From an uncultured Verrucomicrobiota bacterium (lineage in GTDB: Bacteria; Verrucomicrobiota; Kiritimatiellia; CAIVKH01), in contig CAZCZZ010000010.1 in assembly GCA_964503335.1 (NCBI GenBank), positions 2,036 through 66,035 on the forward strand: a DNA stretch of 64,000 nt, read 5' to 3'. A program made the position numbers and the translations under genes. The notes beneath the pieces are model-generated. The model saw nothing but the letters and a program-made list of their open reading frames with translations, was not told the DNA's origin and did no database searches. The number at the start of each line of letters is the position of its first letter. The stretch's first letter is position 1. Shown here in pieces: positions 54,636-63,174 of the stretch.

Positions 54636-55994
54636 CTAGACCTTGATCGCCTGCAGACGCGCCAGGCCGGCACGTACGCTGTCGATCTCGGCCCGGCGCT
54701 GCTTGTCCTCCTTCAGCGCCTCACGGACAGCCGTGGCGACGCCGGACAACGCTTCGTTCGCTTCGCGCACCTTGGACTTGGCCTGCTCATAGGCCACGAG
54801 CACACGGTCGAGTGCACAAAGCTGCGGTATGGGCTGCGTGGACGGACTCTCGGTGGGTTTGGGCATGGTTTCCTTGACGGGTTGCGGGGTGGGTTTCGGG
54901 TTCTTCTCGGGTTCAGCGACGGTCCGTTGCGGCATCAGGACGTGGATCCCTGACGGATCGCGGGCCACCAGCGGGCTGGCGCTGTCGGAGAACGCGAACG
55001 AGCGGAAGCCGGCGGTCAGTGCATCAAGAAGGTACCACCGACTAACGGAGGTGGAAGCTCCGTCCGACATGGTGCAGTCGGACAGCTCGAGAGCACTCAC
55101 CTGCGGATCATGCTCGCCACAGCCACTGACGATGACCTTGCCCGCCTTGGCGCGCAGGGTAACCGTAGCATTGGCAGTCGCATTCCCGGCTAACGTCGGG
55201 AGGACACTGGAGAGGAAGGCCACGGACTCCTCGCTGAACTCCACGCGTTGCTTACCGGCTTCTGTGGGCACGACCTGGCGCCAGTTGGGATAGGTGCCTT
55301 CGATTGTGCGTACGCGGTAGTCCCAGTTGTCGGTCACCAACCGGAACCAGCCGGAGGCATGACCTAGTGTCGTTTCACCGGTCAGCTTATTCCACGTGAT
55401 GAACTTGGTGGGAGGCACGATACAGCTCTCGGCGATCGGGAGCTTGGGTGAGTTGAGCGCCGTGAGACGACGTCCGTCGGTGGCGACCAGGTAGTCACCA
55501 TCCTTCCCGATATCGAGATAGACGCCGGTCAGGACGTACCGGGTCTCGTCCGTGGAGACGAACGAGGCCGCACGTCGGATCTGGGTGAGGAACGATGAAT
55601 CGACCGAGGCCACGGGCACCTCGCCAGGCAGAACCGGCCACTCCTTGGGATCGAGGCTGGGGACAGTCCGTGCGATGGCTTGGCCCGCCACGGTGTTCGT
55701 GATCGTCATCAGGCCATCGGTGGTAGCGATCTCCACCGGATCTGCATCCCGGCCTTTCGTGAGGGGCTGCAGTTCGCTGAACGGCACGAGCATTACGCCC
55801 GTTCCGTCGCACGAGGCATCTTGGAATCGACAGGTCAGGGACGAATCGAGGTCGGTCACAGATCCGGTCGCCTTGCCATCTTCGACGGCGATGCGCACGT
55901 GCTGAAGCACGGGCAGGGTGGACTTACGGGACACGACTCGGCTCAAGCCCTGGATGGCGGACTTAAGCTCATGACGGGGGATCAACAGTTTCAT
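54636..55994 (-). CDS. DNA polymerase III beta sliding-clamp (DnaN)-like protein with ~80-aa Pro-rich/coiled-coil C-terminal extension
   Basis: MKLLIPRHELKSAIQGLSRVVSRKSTLPVLQHVRIAVEDGKATGSVTDLDSSL aligns with the DnaN N-terminus. About 370 aa of clamp-like sequence, then a PKPTPQP... tail. Confidence 0.7.
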   Translation of the reverse strand: MKLLIPRHELKSAIQGLSRVVSRKSTLPVLQHVRIAVEDGKATGSVTDLDSSLTCRFQDASCDGTGVMLVPFSELQPLTKGRDADPVEIATTDGLMTITNTVAGQAIARTVPSLDPKEWPVLPGEVPVASVDSSFLTQIRRAASFVSTDETRYVLTGVYLDIGKDGDYLVATDGRRLTALNSPKLPIAESCIVPPTKFITWNKLTGETTLGHASGWFRLVTDNWDYRVRTIEGTYPNWRQVVPTEAGKQRVEFSEESVAFLSSVLPTLAGNATANATVTLRAKAGKVIVSGCGEHDPQVSALELSDCTMSDGASTSVSRWYLLDALTAGFRSFAFSDSASPLVARDPSGIHVLMPQRTVAEPEKNPKPTPQPVKETMPKPTESPSTQPIPQLCALDRVLVAYEQAKSKVREANEALSGVATAVREALKEDKQRRAEIDSVRAGLARLQAIKV

Positions 55995-56175
55995 GGGATT
56001 CTCCTTCGGGTTCAATGGGCTGGGTTGGGGGATGGCTGTAGGTTAGCCGCACGGCCTCGGCGATCAGCGAGGTGATGGGTTGCCGCTTGGGCAGTGCCTC
56101 ACGAACAGCGTGAAGCAAGGCCATGTCCTCGCGTGTGAGTGACGAGGCTGGCCACGGGTAGCGGTAGGCCTTCAC
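55969..56175 (-). CDS. small hypothetical protein (68 aa)
   Basis: ATGA-coupled to the upstream small gene. Overlaps the clamp gene start. Confidence 0.35.
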   Translation of the reverse strand: MKAYRYPWPASSLTREDMALLHAVREALPKRQPITSLIAEAVRLTYSHPPTQPIEPEGESHETVDPPS

Positions 56176-56375
56176 GGTCTGCCTCCCGCATGCGGCTCAT
56201 GCGCTTTTCGCGTCGGGAGTGGCTGGACGGTGATCTGATACCGCATCAACGAGCGGTGTAACAGCGCTCCTGCCGCCACGCCGATCCAGCTCACGAGATC
56301 GCCGGTCAGGAGTAGCCAGAGCAAGAGGGCTACCGTCGCAAACGGCAGCCAGTGCGGATTCTTGTCGCGGAACAT
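56172..56375 (-). CDS. small membrane protein (67 aa)
   Basis: Hydrophobic WLPFATVALLLWLLLTGDLVSWIGVAAGALL segment. Confidence 0.4.
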   Translation of the reverse strand: MFRDKNPHWLPFATVALLLWLLLTGDLVSWIGVAAGALLHRSLMRYQITVQPLPTRKAHEPHAGGRP

Positions 56376-56614
56376 GGATGTCCTTTTGGTGCTTACGCTC
56401 GGTGGCGAGCAGAGTGATGACGGTCGATACGGGGATCAGGACGGCGGCGAGGATCACGGACGCCGCAGCAAGCGCGTAGAATCGCGTCTGCGACGTGATG
56501 ACGTCGGAAAGCAGCTCGACCATGCCAGCGGCTTGAGGGACGAGAAGGCGGCCGGCCAGAAGGCCTAGGGCGCCGGCAGCCACGAGTGCCATGCCGTTCG
56601 AGAGGACGACCGTT

Positions 56615-56881
56615 TTAGGAGGGCTTGTTGGCATCGGTCCTCCCCGTCGCTTGGAAGAGGCCGAAGGATGTGGCGGCCATGCCACAGCCGACGATGATGA
56701 GCGCGGCGACCAGGAAATTCCCGACCGTATGCATGGTGCGGTTCTCCTGGTGCGATTCGCGAAGCTGGCGCTGTGCCTCAGCAGCCTGGGCCTGTGCCGC
56801 CCGCGTAGCCCCGCCGCCTCCGCATCCGGCGGAGAGCATAAGGGCGGCAAGAAGCACGACGATTCCTGATCTACGGGACAT
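56615..56881 (-). CDS. small putative lipoprotein with C-terminal TM segment
   Basis: MSRRSGIVVLLAALMLSAGC is a lipobox-like signal. C-terminal FLVAALIIVGCGMAA. Confidence 0.45.
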   Translation of the reverse strand: MSRRSGIVVLLAALMLSAGCGGGGATRAAQAQAAEAQRQLRESHQENRTMHTVGNFLVAALIIVGCGMAATSFGLFQATGRTDANKPS

Positions 56882-58119
56882 GTGGACCTCCTGAGTTGGT
56901 GGGTGGTGACCATGAGCAGGCAACAAGCCTGACTACGGGCAGGGGGCGTAGTAGCTAGGCGCTCCCAGTACATTATGCCGCGGATTTGAGGGGAATTAAG
57001 GGCTTTAGCGGGTTGCCCGTTCGTTTGTTCCGTCACGCCATATGCATGTTTTGAAGGCGTTACAGATACCATCCTATTTGGCGCATTCGCCACTCTCTGC
57101 TGGAAGAAGTCCCCAATCGTGTCGACAGAACATAATCGTCACCTTGTGACTACACCCTGTGCGCAAGCTGGTTGAATTACCTGGTCCCAAAGACCGTTCA
57201 CCCAGCCGAGATCCCCTAGAGTACTGGCCTGATTCGCGGTCGTGAGACGGATCGCGGGACTTTATCAGCCGGTGAGAAGAGGGTTTCCGGAAATAGGGGA
57301 GTGATGGCTTTGAAAATCGGTTCAATATGTTCGCTACTAAGAAGATGTAGAAAGCCGATTATCATCAACATCGTCTCTGTGACTGTGTTCTACACTGACA
57401 CGCAACATATTCTACAACTGATCGTTGCATAAATATTCCCCGCGAAACTAGTGCCTTTTGATCTCGAGGTGCGGTCCCGCCGCGGCGAAGACTCAGAGCA
57501 ATGCCTGCTGCGTGCCTCTCAGCGTATGAAACGCCGGAACTGTCCGGATCACCCTAAAGTGTTCTCGGTGAATCACATTACCATATGCAGATTAAGCGGA
57601 AGGCGTGATGACATCGTTGTCGGCGTGTGCGCATGTCAATTTGAGCAATGATGAGACGAGCGAACAAGAGTTCGAATTGCAAGAAATGGTGCATGGTGTG
57701 TTTCAAGCGGTTGAAAAGTGAAGGGCACTATCACAAAATCTGCACGACTTTTTGGCGGCAGAATTATCGCGCCCGGAGCTCGCTCAGCTGATCGAGCGAC
57801 CCCCGGTGGACTTCGCCAAATAGACCTTGTGTGTAACACGATATCACGATTCACCGCATTCGGGAACGGTTGAACTTCGTGAGGAACACACCACTCAATC
57901 AAATTCACTCATCACTCGATTTTCGTGTAGTCCTTGTGTCGAGTCAGATGACTCGTCCACGCGAGTTTTCAGCGAAGCCGCAGAACATTGTGGATGATTG
58001 GTAGATCGAATCGAGGGGGTTCGTATTCGGTTGACGATCGCGACTCGCGCATTATACTCGAAACGAGCTGTTTCGGTGAGCTTGGCGAACCGTTGAAGGC
58101 CCAATGTCGCGATGGTGCC

Positions 58120-58148
58120 CTTCTTCTTCTTCTATGAAGAAGAAGAAG
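58120..58148. repeat. perfect palindrome CTTCTTCTTCTTC-TAT-GAAGAAGAAGAAG
   Basis: 13-bp arms and a 3-nt loop, seen directly. Followed by the GCACACC...GGTGTGC and GCGGCTGTAGCCGC hairpins. Confidence 0.8.
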
Positions 58149-58418
58149 AGCTGCACACCCCCGCGGCGGGTGTGCGCATCTCTCCCCTTTTTGCGCGTTT
58201 CCGACTCGGAAAGGAGTAAAGCTCAACACGCTCCACGCAGCAGCTGCGGCTGTAGCCGCGACGCTGCGGCGAATACGACAAACGCATCGCACACGGCTCA
58301 CAAGGCGACGAGTGACTCATCGTCAATCGATGAACGAAACGCACCCCCTTGAGGCGAGTTTGCATTCTACCGGCAACAATGCCTACAAAATCAACAGGGC
58401 TTGTGTTGTCGAGCATTC

Positions 58419-58934
58419 ATGACGATTGCTTTCACGAAGTGGTCACTTGTGTCTGATTCAGTCAATGGGGGTCAATGGGAGTGGGCTGAGTCGCAGATCG
58501 GTGATAGAATAGCGGGTATGTTGAACGAGAAAACACTGCTGAGAAGTGAATCGTCCACACTTCACGAGTTCGATCACGGGCGAGAACGAATTTGTTGGGG
58601 TGGGCCTTTTCCTGAAATCGAGGGCGCGTGGTTCCCCGGGTGTGTTGCAAGAAGACTTCCGACACTTGGCCTCAGGCGCGCTTCTGATTGGGCCGTACTT
58701 GTGGCGCTGCTGATCATCCAAGGCCGCGATGGAAGCTCCGGAATATGCGCCAATATCACGAGCGCAGGACTTGCCGAATGGACCGGCTACTCGAAGGTCA
58801 CGGTTGACAGGGCGATTCGACGGCTGAAGGCCAAGGGGCTTGTCACGCGACAAGGCGTGAAAAGCAGGCTGATCTGTAAGTTGTTTGACCGTGAATGGGT
58901 CTGCTTCAAGCCATGCCGCAGGGTGAATATCTGA
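58419..58934 (+). CDS. winged-helix DNA-binding protein (MarR/replication-initiator-like)
   Basis: GLAEWTGYSKVTVDRAIRRLKAKGLVTRQG is a wHTH pattern. The start is uncertain (58401, 58419 or 58518). Confidence 0.5.
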   Translation: MTIAFTKWSLVSDSVNGGQWEWAESQIGDRIAGMLNEKTLLRSESSTLHEFDHGRERICWGGPFPEIEGAWFPGCVARRLPTLGLRRASDWAVLVALLIIQGRDGSSGICANITSAGLAEWTGYSKVTVDRAIRRLKAKGLVTRQGVKSRLICKLFDREWVCFKPCRRVNI

Positions 58935-58940
58935 GGACCA

Positions 58941-60230
58941 ATGTCTAGTGTCCTAGTGATTGGTGGGCCGGCGCACGTCGACTACAGGAAGCTCGGTGTC
59001 AGACGCATCCGGTGTTCCCCCGCAGCGATTCTCGGTCACGCATTCTCAGACACGGACAGAGCCGTCGTTTACTGGCCGAATCGGAATTGCTTCCTTCCTG
59101 CACTCTCTTTGAAACAGATTGGCGAGTTGGGCGATCGCGTGGGCGTCAGCTACGAATCGTATCTCCCCGCGCGGTTTCAGAGAAGAATCGTCAGCAAAAG
59201 CGGGAAGGCCCGATTTAAGTTGTCTGACAGCATGGCAGGGCGCGAGCGTACATATCGGCTCACCAAGTCGAAACTGCTCGAAATCCTCGCGCTGACTAGG
59301 CGTGGACTCATCTGCGTGGTTGTGGTGCCGAATGATTTTCATGCTTACGATGAACTCGCCAAGCGGGCATTTAATTGGATTAGCGTGCATCTCCGGATCG
59401 ACCGTAATCGATATCAATCAGGTATTCAGTCGATCGGTAATGGCTCTGGGTGCGACGAAGTCGATCGCATTCTCTCGCAGATTCCCCTGGATCCCATGAA
59501 ATGGGAAATGTCCTGCGCGATCGGAAGTTCGGAAGTTGAAACAACATGGGCCCACCATATTGAGGAATGGATGGACCGCCTGGAATTGTTCGCCAGATGG
59601 CCGTATCGCAATGTCCCCGTCCGACACCGGTCAACGCACTTCAATGGCAACGGAACTGCACTGTCATCCGTCCTCCTTTGTGAGCGTGGCGCCATACTAG
59701 TACTCCCGGAAGTAGTAGCTGTCGGGGAACTCATTGAAATCGTCAAAGACGCATTGGCGCCGCTAGGTGATACCAAGCCAGTCGGCAACCCTCGGCTGCC
59801 GCATCTCATTCGCCTCACCTCGGAGCGAAAAGGAATCAAGGGCCAGCAGAAGATAGGCTACGTCGTTGAGTATGGAGGCAAGCAGACGACAATGGGCGAG
59901 ATCTCATTCCGTCGTCTCGTTGCCTTCGTTGTTGCAGCAAAGTGCGGCATGTCTCACATCAACGTACGGCGACCAGTCATCAAGGACCAGAAGATCGACC
60001 ATGAGTTTGCCCCAATTGCAGATAACGTTGCAAAGGTTGGGCAGCTCATTAATGAATGCCTCAAGAAGCTCGCAGATATTCGTGGTGTGACCGCTGTTCC
60101 AGGGAAATGGCAGCAAGGCCACTACCGGCTGGCAATCAGCCACGAAGATTTTGACCTGTCTAAACTCAAGCACTGCGATAACGCTGCGCTTCGCAGTCTG
60201 CTGAGCATCCTCCCCGCAGGCAATTCGTAG
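58941..60230 (+). CDS. hypothetical protein (429 aa)
   Basis: Long ORF with no domain recognised. Confidence 0.5.
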   Translation: MSSVLVIGGPAHVDYRKLGVRRIRCSPAAILGHAFSDTDRAVVYWPNRNCFLPALSLKQIGELGDRVGVSYESYLPARFQRRIVSKSGKARFKLSDSMAGRERTYRLTKSKLLEILALTRRGLICVVVVPNDFHAYDELAKRAFNWISVHLRIDRNRYQSGIQSIGNGSGCDEVDRILSQIPLDPMKWEMSCAIGSSEVETTWAHHIEEWMDRLELFARWPYRNVPVRHRSTHFNGNGTALSSVLLCERGAILVLPEVVAVGELIEIVKDALAPLGDTKPVGNPRLPHLIRLTSERKGIKGQQKIGYVVEYGGKQTTMGEISFRRLVAFVVAAKCGMSHINVRRPVIKDQKIDHEFAPIADNVAKVGQLINECLKKLADIRGVTAVPGKWQQGHYRLAISHEDFDLSKLKHCDNAALRSLLSILPAGNS

Positions 60231-60365
60231 TGCGGTAAGACTTACCGCGCTACCGCTATAAATACCGCTCGGTCGGTTCCTTTCAGATCCTTCCTAATGG
60301 CCCCCAATCGATTTCAACGGCGTGTGCCATGTTGACGATCGATACGTTCGTAGGAGGAGATTCAT

Positions 60366-60626
60366 TTGAAAAGGGAAATGCACAATTCCATCAGTTCGGA
60401 GCCGGTATCGTTGCGAGACCAATTGATGGTAAACGGCTATCGCTCGCGGCTATCACCTGCTCAGGCGGCGGAGTTCTCTGGTTTGTCACTTCAGAAACTC
60501 AAGCACCTACGGCGCGTGTGTGCGATTCGATACTTTCGCACAGGCTATCGAAGCATCATATACGACCGGGACAGCCTTGCGGCCTGGCTTGCGTCGCGAG
60601 CCATCGAACCCATTCAGGGGGCGTAA
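60366..60626 (+). CDS. excisionase/AlpA-like helix-turn-helix protein
   Basis: LSPAQAAEFSGLSLQKLKHLRRVCAIRYFRTGYRSIIYDRDSLAAWL is a MerR/Xis-type HTH pattern. A strong AGGAGGAG lies 8 nt upstream of the TTG start. Confidence 0.65.
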   Translation: MKREMHNSISSEPVSLRDQLMVNGYRSRLSPAQAAEFSGLSLQKLKHLRRVCAIRYFRTGYRSIIYDRDSLAAWLASRAIEPIQGA

Positions 60627-60628
60627 GC

Positions 60629-61582
60629 ATGCGTACTTCAACGGATAGGAGCATGAACTTGCGATATCTGGACTACCTGCGCAATCTTCCTGCATCTGGG
60701 GGTGGAGGATGTCACGGAGCACTTCTGGGTGCAGCAAACTTGGGTATCCGCGCAGGTCTTTCGGCGCAGCAAATAGCTCGCGACCTGCGGGCGAGCGTTC
60801 ACGGGCCGCGACACGTTCCGGACCATGAGATTGCCTATGCTGTGGCAAAAGCCTCGTCCACGGAGGCTCCAGTGTCCCGTAGGCGATCCCACAATACGCG
60901 AAGTCTCAACGGCGAAGTCGCGCGGGAAGTGATTCTTCAACGCGGATGTGGCGCTACTGAAGCAGATCTATGGGAGTCCTCGCCGGTCCGGATTGATTGG
61001 GATCCGGACGAGGACGCATGGCGCGTGTTGCAGCATCTATATCGCGGCGATGAGTATCTATTCATCGGCGACGACCAAATACCGGGTCGCGTGGGAGTAA
61101 GTATACGACGGGCGAGTGAATGGATCCAACACTTGCGACGAATTGGTGCGCCTCCATACCCCAAGTTCATCCCCAACACTTTGAGTGGACTTGAGGGTAT
61201 GACCAAGGACGGGAGACCGTCCTTCCGAGCCGACGCTTGTGTCGCGGCGCATAGGTTTGTCCTTTGCGAGTTCGACCAGTTGTCTATTGAGGATCAGTTG
61301 GCATTCTGGTCTGCCGTGACACTGCCGGTGGGGGCGATCGTCCATTCGGGCAATAAGTCGCTTCATGCTTGGGTCTATGTGGACTGTGTTGATGCATCCG
61401 AATGGGAGCGTGAAGTTGAGTCGGACCTGTTTCCGCTGGTCTTTGCACCCTTGGGCCTGGATCAGGCCTGCAAGAACGAGGCCCGCCTATCGCGGCTGCC
61501 GGGACACATCCGGCCGAAGACAAGGCAGCGGCAACGGCTGCTCTACTTGGCGCCAGGAGGAAGAGCCGTCAGTGCGAGCTGA
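60629..61582 (+). CDS. putative primase-polymerase (AEP)-like replication protein
   Basis: CEFDQLS (acidic motif), SGNKSLHAWVYVD and RLSRLPGH resemble prim-pol motifs; this is a weak call. ATG is 3 nt after the xis-like stop. Confidence 0.35.
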   Translation: MRTSTDRSMNLRYLDYLRNLPASGGGGCHGALLGAANLGIRAGLSAQQIARDLRASVHGPRHVPDHEIAYAVAKASSTEAPVSRRRSHNTRSLNGEVAREVILQRGCGATEADLWESSPVRIDWDPDEDAWRVLQHLYRGDEYLFIGDDQIPGRVGVSIRRASEWIQHLRRIGAPPYPKFIPNTLSGLEGMTKDGRPSFRADACVAAHRFVLCEFDQLSIEDQLAFWSAVTLPVGAIVHSGNKSLHAWVYVDCVDASEWEREVESDLFPLVFAPLGLDQACKNEARLSRLPGHIRPKTRQRQRLLYLAPGGRAVSAS

Positions 61583-62708
61583 AACCATCGCGTTCAAGAA
61601 GGAGCTGATCGGGGAAAGCGGCGAAGGTCCGGAGCCTATTCACGGAATGTCGCTGACCGACTACGCTGAGCTTGAAGTTGAAGACAGCGAGACGCTTCTC
61701 GGCAATCGGTTCTTGTGCCGAGGGGGTGCTTTGGCATTCGTTGGCCCATCGGGAATCGGGAAGTCGACAGCATCTGTTCAACAGGACGCACTTTGGGCGT
61801 TGGGTAAACCTGCATTTGGCATACATCCGGCACGTCCGCTCAGGATACTTACTATCCAGGCGGAAAATGACGACGGAGACATGATCGAGTTCGCAAGGGG
61901 TGTATTGAACGGGATGTCTTTGACCTTTGACGAGCGAGAGCAGATCCGGAAGAACACGTTCTACGTGCCCGAGAGAAGTCGCACGGGCGATGATTTTATT
62001 GCCTTTGTCGAGGCATGCATTAAGCAGTACCGGCCCGATCTGTTGCGGATTGACCCGTTGATGGCCTATCTGGGAGTCGATCCAAGGGACCCAGGGGCGA
62101 TGATGCGTTTCACCCGCAATGGACTTGGCCCACTTCTTGTGGCCTATCGTTGTGGGCTGATCCTCAATCACCACACTCCAAAGACGAACTACCGCGATAC
62201 AACCAAATGGAAATCGAACGACTGGATGTATGCGGGTGCCGGCGGTGCCGATCTGACAAACTGGTGCCGAGCCGTAGTTGTCATCGATGTATTTGAGGGC
62301 GATCCACACTTGTTTCGGTTCATTGCCGCCAAGCGGGGCGGACGCATCGGCTGGACAAATTCCGACGGGAGTCCGACGTGCGAACGCTGTTTCCGCCACT
62401 CGAGAGAGCTCGGCGCGATTCTTTGGGTGGACGCGAACCCAAGCGAGCTGGCCACCATGACGAAGCGGAGGGAGACCAAGGGCGATATTTTGAATCTCGT
62501 CCCGTGTGATGGACTCATCGAGAAGAACGCTCTGCTCTCCCATGCGCAAGATATCGGAATCGGTGTGAACCGGGCCCGTGGTTACTTGGCTCAACTGATA
62601 GCGGAGGGGAAAGTTTTCGTTCATCTAGCAAAGCGCAAGGGCACGAATCCGCTACAAACAATCGCCAGGCATCCACCGCAAAGCAGTGTTGACCTTCACA
62701 CCCCGTGA
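61572..62708 (+). CDS. RepA-like AAA_25 (RecA-fold) ATPase
   Basis: GALAFVGPSGIGKST (Walker A) and LRILTIQAENDD...DLLRIDPL. The GTG start overlaps the upstream stop region. Confidence 0.65.
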   Translation: MRAETIAFKKELIGESGEGPEPIHGMSLTDYAELEVEDSETLLGNRFLCRGGALAFVGPSGIGKSTASVQQDALWALGKPAFGIHPARPLRILTIQAENDDGDMIEFARGVLNGMSLTFDEREQIRKNTFYVPERSRTGDDFIAFVEACIKQYRPDLLRIDPLMAYLGVDPRDPGAMMRFTRNGLGPLLVAYRCGLILNHHTPKTNYRDTTKWKSNDWMYAGAGGADLTNWCRAVVVIDVFEGDPHLFRFIAAKRGGRIGWTNSDGSPTCERCFRHSRELGAILWVDANPSELATMTKRRETKGDILNLVPCDGLIEKNALLSHAQDIGIGVNRARGYLAQLIAEGKVFVHLAKRKGTNPLQTIARHPPQSSVDLHTP

Positions 62709-62922
62709 AAGTCTCCCTGTGGTTGTACTAGTCACGGCACAGACACACACGCGCACTACCCTTTAGGAAGTGCGCGTGTCCGTCTGTCTCTGTGCGCAAC
62801 ATGGGCACGACCGTCCAAGGTCCAGGAACGGAAGCGGCGGAGAAACCGGTGGAACTCCTCTCGCCGCCTTGCGGTCTGCAAGTTGGCGTGCTGTTTTCGT
62901 CGTCGCGTTAGCCTGACGAAAG

Positions 62923-62944
62923 TTCGTGGTGCATTCGTGGTGCA
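62923..62944 (+). repeat. tandem 11-bp repeat TTCGTGGTGCA x2 (candidate integrase arm-type sites)
   Basis: Seen directly. CGTGGTGCA also occurs at 5607-5615, GGTGCA at 5621-5626, and the inverted TGCACC at 62960-62965. Confidence 0.6.
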
Positions 62945-63051
62945 CGCTTTGGTTGCCAAATGCACCCTATTCGACCGGAATGAGATCTCCCGTGACTTGG
63001 CCAGAAACCGCAAAAAAAGAGGGAATAGTGCAGAAAACTGAGGGAAAAGAC

Positions 63052-63100
63052 TGGAGCCAGTTGTCGGACTCGAACCGACGACCTGCTGATTACAAATCAG
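63052..63100 (-). repeat. attR core (49 bp), forming the 3' half of the intact tRNA-Thr
   Basis: Identical to 5512-5560. Confidence 0.95.
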
Positions 63101-63127
63101 CTGCTCTACCAACTGAGCTAAACTGGC
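63052..63127 (-). tRNA. tRNA-Thr (anticodon UGU), CCA encoded
   Basis: Reverse complement GCCAGTT-TA-GCTC-AGTTGGTA-GAGC-A-GCTGA-TTTGTAA-TCAGC-AGGTC-GTCGG-TTCGAGT-CCGAC-AACTGGC-T-CCA folds as a 76-nt cloverleaf. Confidence 0.95.
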
Positions 63128-63174
63128 GTTGGATGCGGGGAGATGTAGCAGAGTCGTGGGCTGTTGCCAATAGG

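Larger units (their letters stand above)
5512..63100. mobile_element. ~57.6 kb integrative element / genomic (defence) island in tRNA-Thr
   Basis: Perfect 49-bp direct repeats, an adjacent tyrosine integrase, shared arm-type repeats, an excisionase-like gene, and replication-type genes (prim-pol-like, AAA_25, DnaN-like). Confidence 0.9.

Noticed and set aside
56197-57093. 298-aa minus-strand ORF spanning the small-gene region. An internal MALVAAG... hydrophobic segment (start near 56592) could be a real small membrane protein.
   Set aside because: Most of the frame is Arg/Pro/Ser-rich. It overlaps the better-supported lipoprotein and 67-aa membrane ORFs in other frames. I could not find a stop that would give a sensible small gene, so the boundaries are unresolved.
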